Positions 57,972-58,866 of a stretch of DNA of 58,866 nt are shown one piece after another. Under the pieces are notes generated by a model. The model searched no databases, had not been told where the DNA came from, and worked only from the letters and a program-made list of their open reading frames with translations. Within the stretch, counting starts at the first letter, position 1. Each line of letters begins with the position of its first letter. Location: the NCBI GenBank assembly GCA_003345595.1, contig PRDI01000050.1, positions 1 to 58,866 on the forward strand. Direction: 5' to 3'. Source of the stretch: Candidatus Thorarchaeota archaeon. GTDB taxonomy: Archaea > Asgardarchaeota > Thorarchaeia > Thorarchaeales > Thorarchaeaceae. The position numbers and the translations under genes were made by a program.

Positions 57972-58624
57972 CGCGTATTTGCGCGCACAGATTATCGAAG
58001 AACTTTCTCTAACCGGTCAAGAAGACACCATAAGACTGCAAAGTGAACTTGCGATAGCTATAGGCTCTCCCCCAGAGTAATGTGATGAATAGCATCCACG
58101 AGGTGCACTTAGAGAACTCAAAACACCGTCTCGATATGGCCAGTGCCAAGAACTGTCACTATGACTGAGGCAGGTGAGAGGACATCCTGCATCAGCTTTC
58201 GCGGAGGGAGAAAGGCTTCATGCTCAAGGCGTGCGAACCTTTGAGCGTTCGTGGGGTTGTCTGCCTGTGCTGGATTTCACATTGGGGACATTTCAGAAGG
58301 TAGGTCAAGACTCATGCCCAGAGAATCATGCAGATCGATCCTCCCGCTTGAAATCGATGTCAGTGGGACAAAGCTTGGGACCGTGAATATGCAAGCTTTC
58401 GGCCATAGGTACTTTCAGAAGTGGCTTCATAACGGTAAATAGCGCTACTTGAGTTCTATGAAGACTTTTCAAAACAGGGGAGATGGTCAAAGCTGGTTAA
58501 AAACCCGGGATGGCAGTCATATCACTTCAGGCTCTGCTCCCAACAGGTTATGATTCCCCTTATTTGAATGCCCTCCAACGTACTGGGATTTCTTGGCCAG
58601 GCGTTTCGGAGGCAACATGAGCAG

Positions 58625-58866
58625 ATGTCGATAATGAGGAAGCTGATTACTGAAGTGGCCAAGAGGAAGGCCAAGGAGATCGAATACATCCTCAACAATC
58701 CTATTGAGATGACAGAGAAGAAGCTACTCTCGGTGCTCTCTCGTCATAGGGACACAGTCCTAGGTAGAAAGTACGGCTTCGATACAATAAGGACCCCTGA
58801 GGAGTATTCGTCAAGGGTTTCTCTTTGCGATTACAACTCAATGGAACCATTCCTGAGAATGACATA
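58625..58866 (+). CDS. GH3-family acyl-adenylate/amido synthetase, N-terminal part (runs off the window)
   Basis: Not in the track; hand translation MSIMRKLITEVAKRKAKEIEYILNNPIEMTEKKLLSVLSRHRDTVLGRKYGFDTIRTPEEYSSRVSLCDYNSMEPFLRM matches the GH3 N-terminal pattern (T..G+KYGF..I....+...VP+.DY..+.P). Confidence 0.8.
   Translation, partial: MSIMRKLITEVAKRKAKEIEYILNNPIEMTEKKLLSVLSRHRDTVLGRKYGFDTIRTPEEYSSRVSLCDYNSMEPFLRMT

Noticed and set aside
57972-58624. Short ORFs 58174..58386 and 58251..58442, and possible damage-response boxes upstream of the operon
   Set aside because: The ORFs lack convincing SDs or protein-like composition; no convincing palindrome or repeated motif found by eye.

Overview
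Gene-dense archaeal chromosomal segment, most likely from an Asgard archaeon (Thorarchaeia-like). This is inferred from archaeal-type RadA, Hel308, XPD, FEN1 and aGTPBP, GGAGG/GGTGA Shine-Dalgarno motifs, a TPR-longin protein, and Thr-linker/TM-anchored surface proteins. Left part (1-21 kb): aGTPBP1 translational GTPase (truncated, missing from the ORF track), TPR-longin protein, tldD/pmbA and three membrane-anchored S8 subtilases; one subtilase has the domain order and motifs of eukaryotic Site-1 protease (MBTPS1/SKI-1). Middle (21-42 kb): glyoxylate reductase, small wHTH regulator, citG, sirtuin, grpE-dnaK-dnaJ (dnaJ apparently needs a non-canonical ACG start), a PK-C-terminal-like protein, and a 2609-aa surface protein flanked by two large paralogous putative wHTH/Lrp-like proteins. 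Right part (42.1-58.0 kb) is the main candidate for an undescribed system: a 15-gene, tightly overlapping minus-strand operon. It interleaves RadA, two RadB-like paralogues, an XPD Fe-S helicase, a Hel308 helicase with a SWIM finger and a PIP-box FEN1 with four membrane proteins, one being a membrane-anchored, catalytically degenerate HerA/VirB4-like protein. This suggests a membrane-coupled DNA import/exchange and recombination machine. A GH3-family gene starts at the right edge. No tRNA, rRNA, CRISPR array, integrase or transposase was recognised. All family assignments are from motif recognition by eye; no database searches were run.
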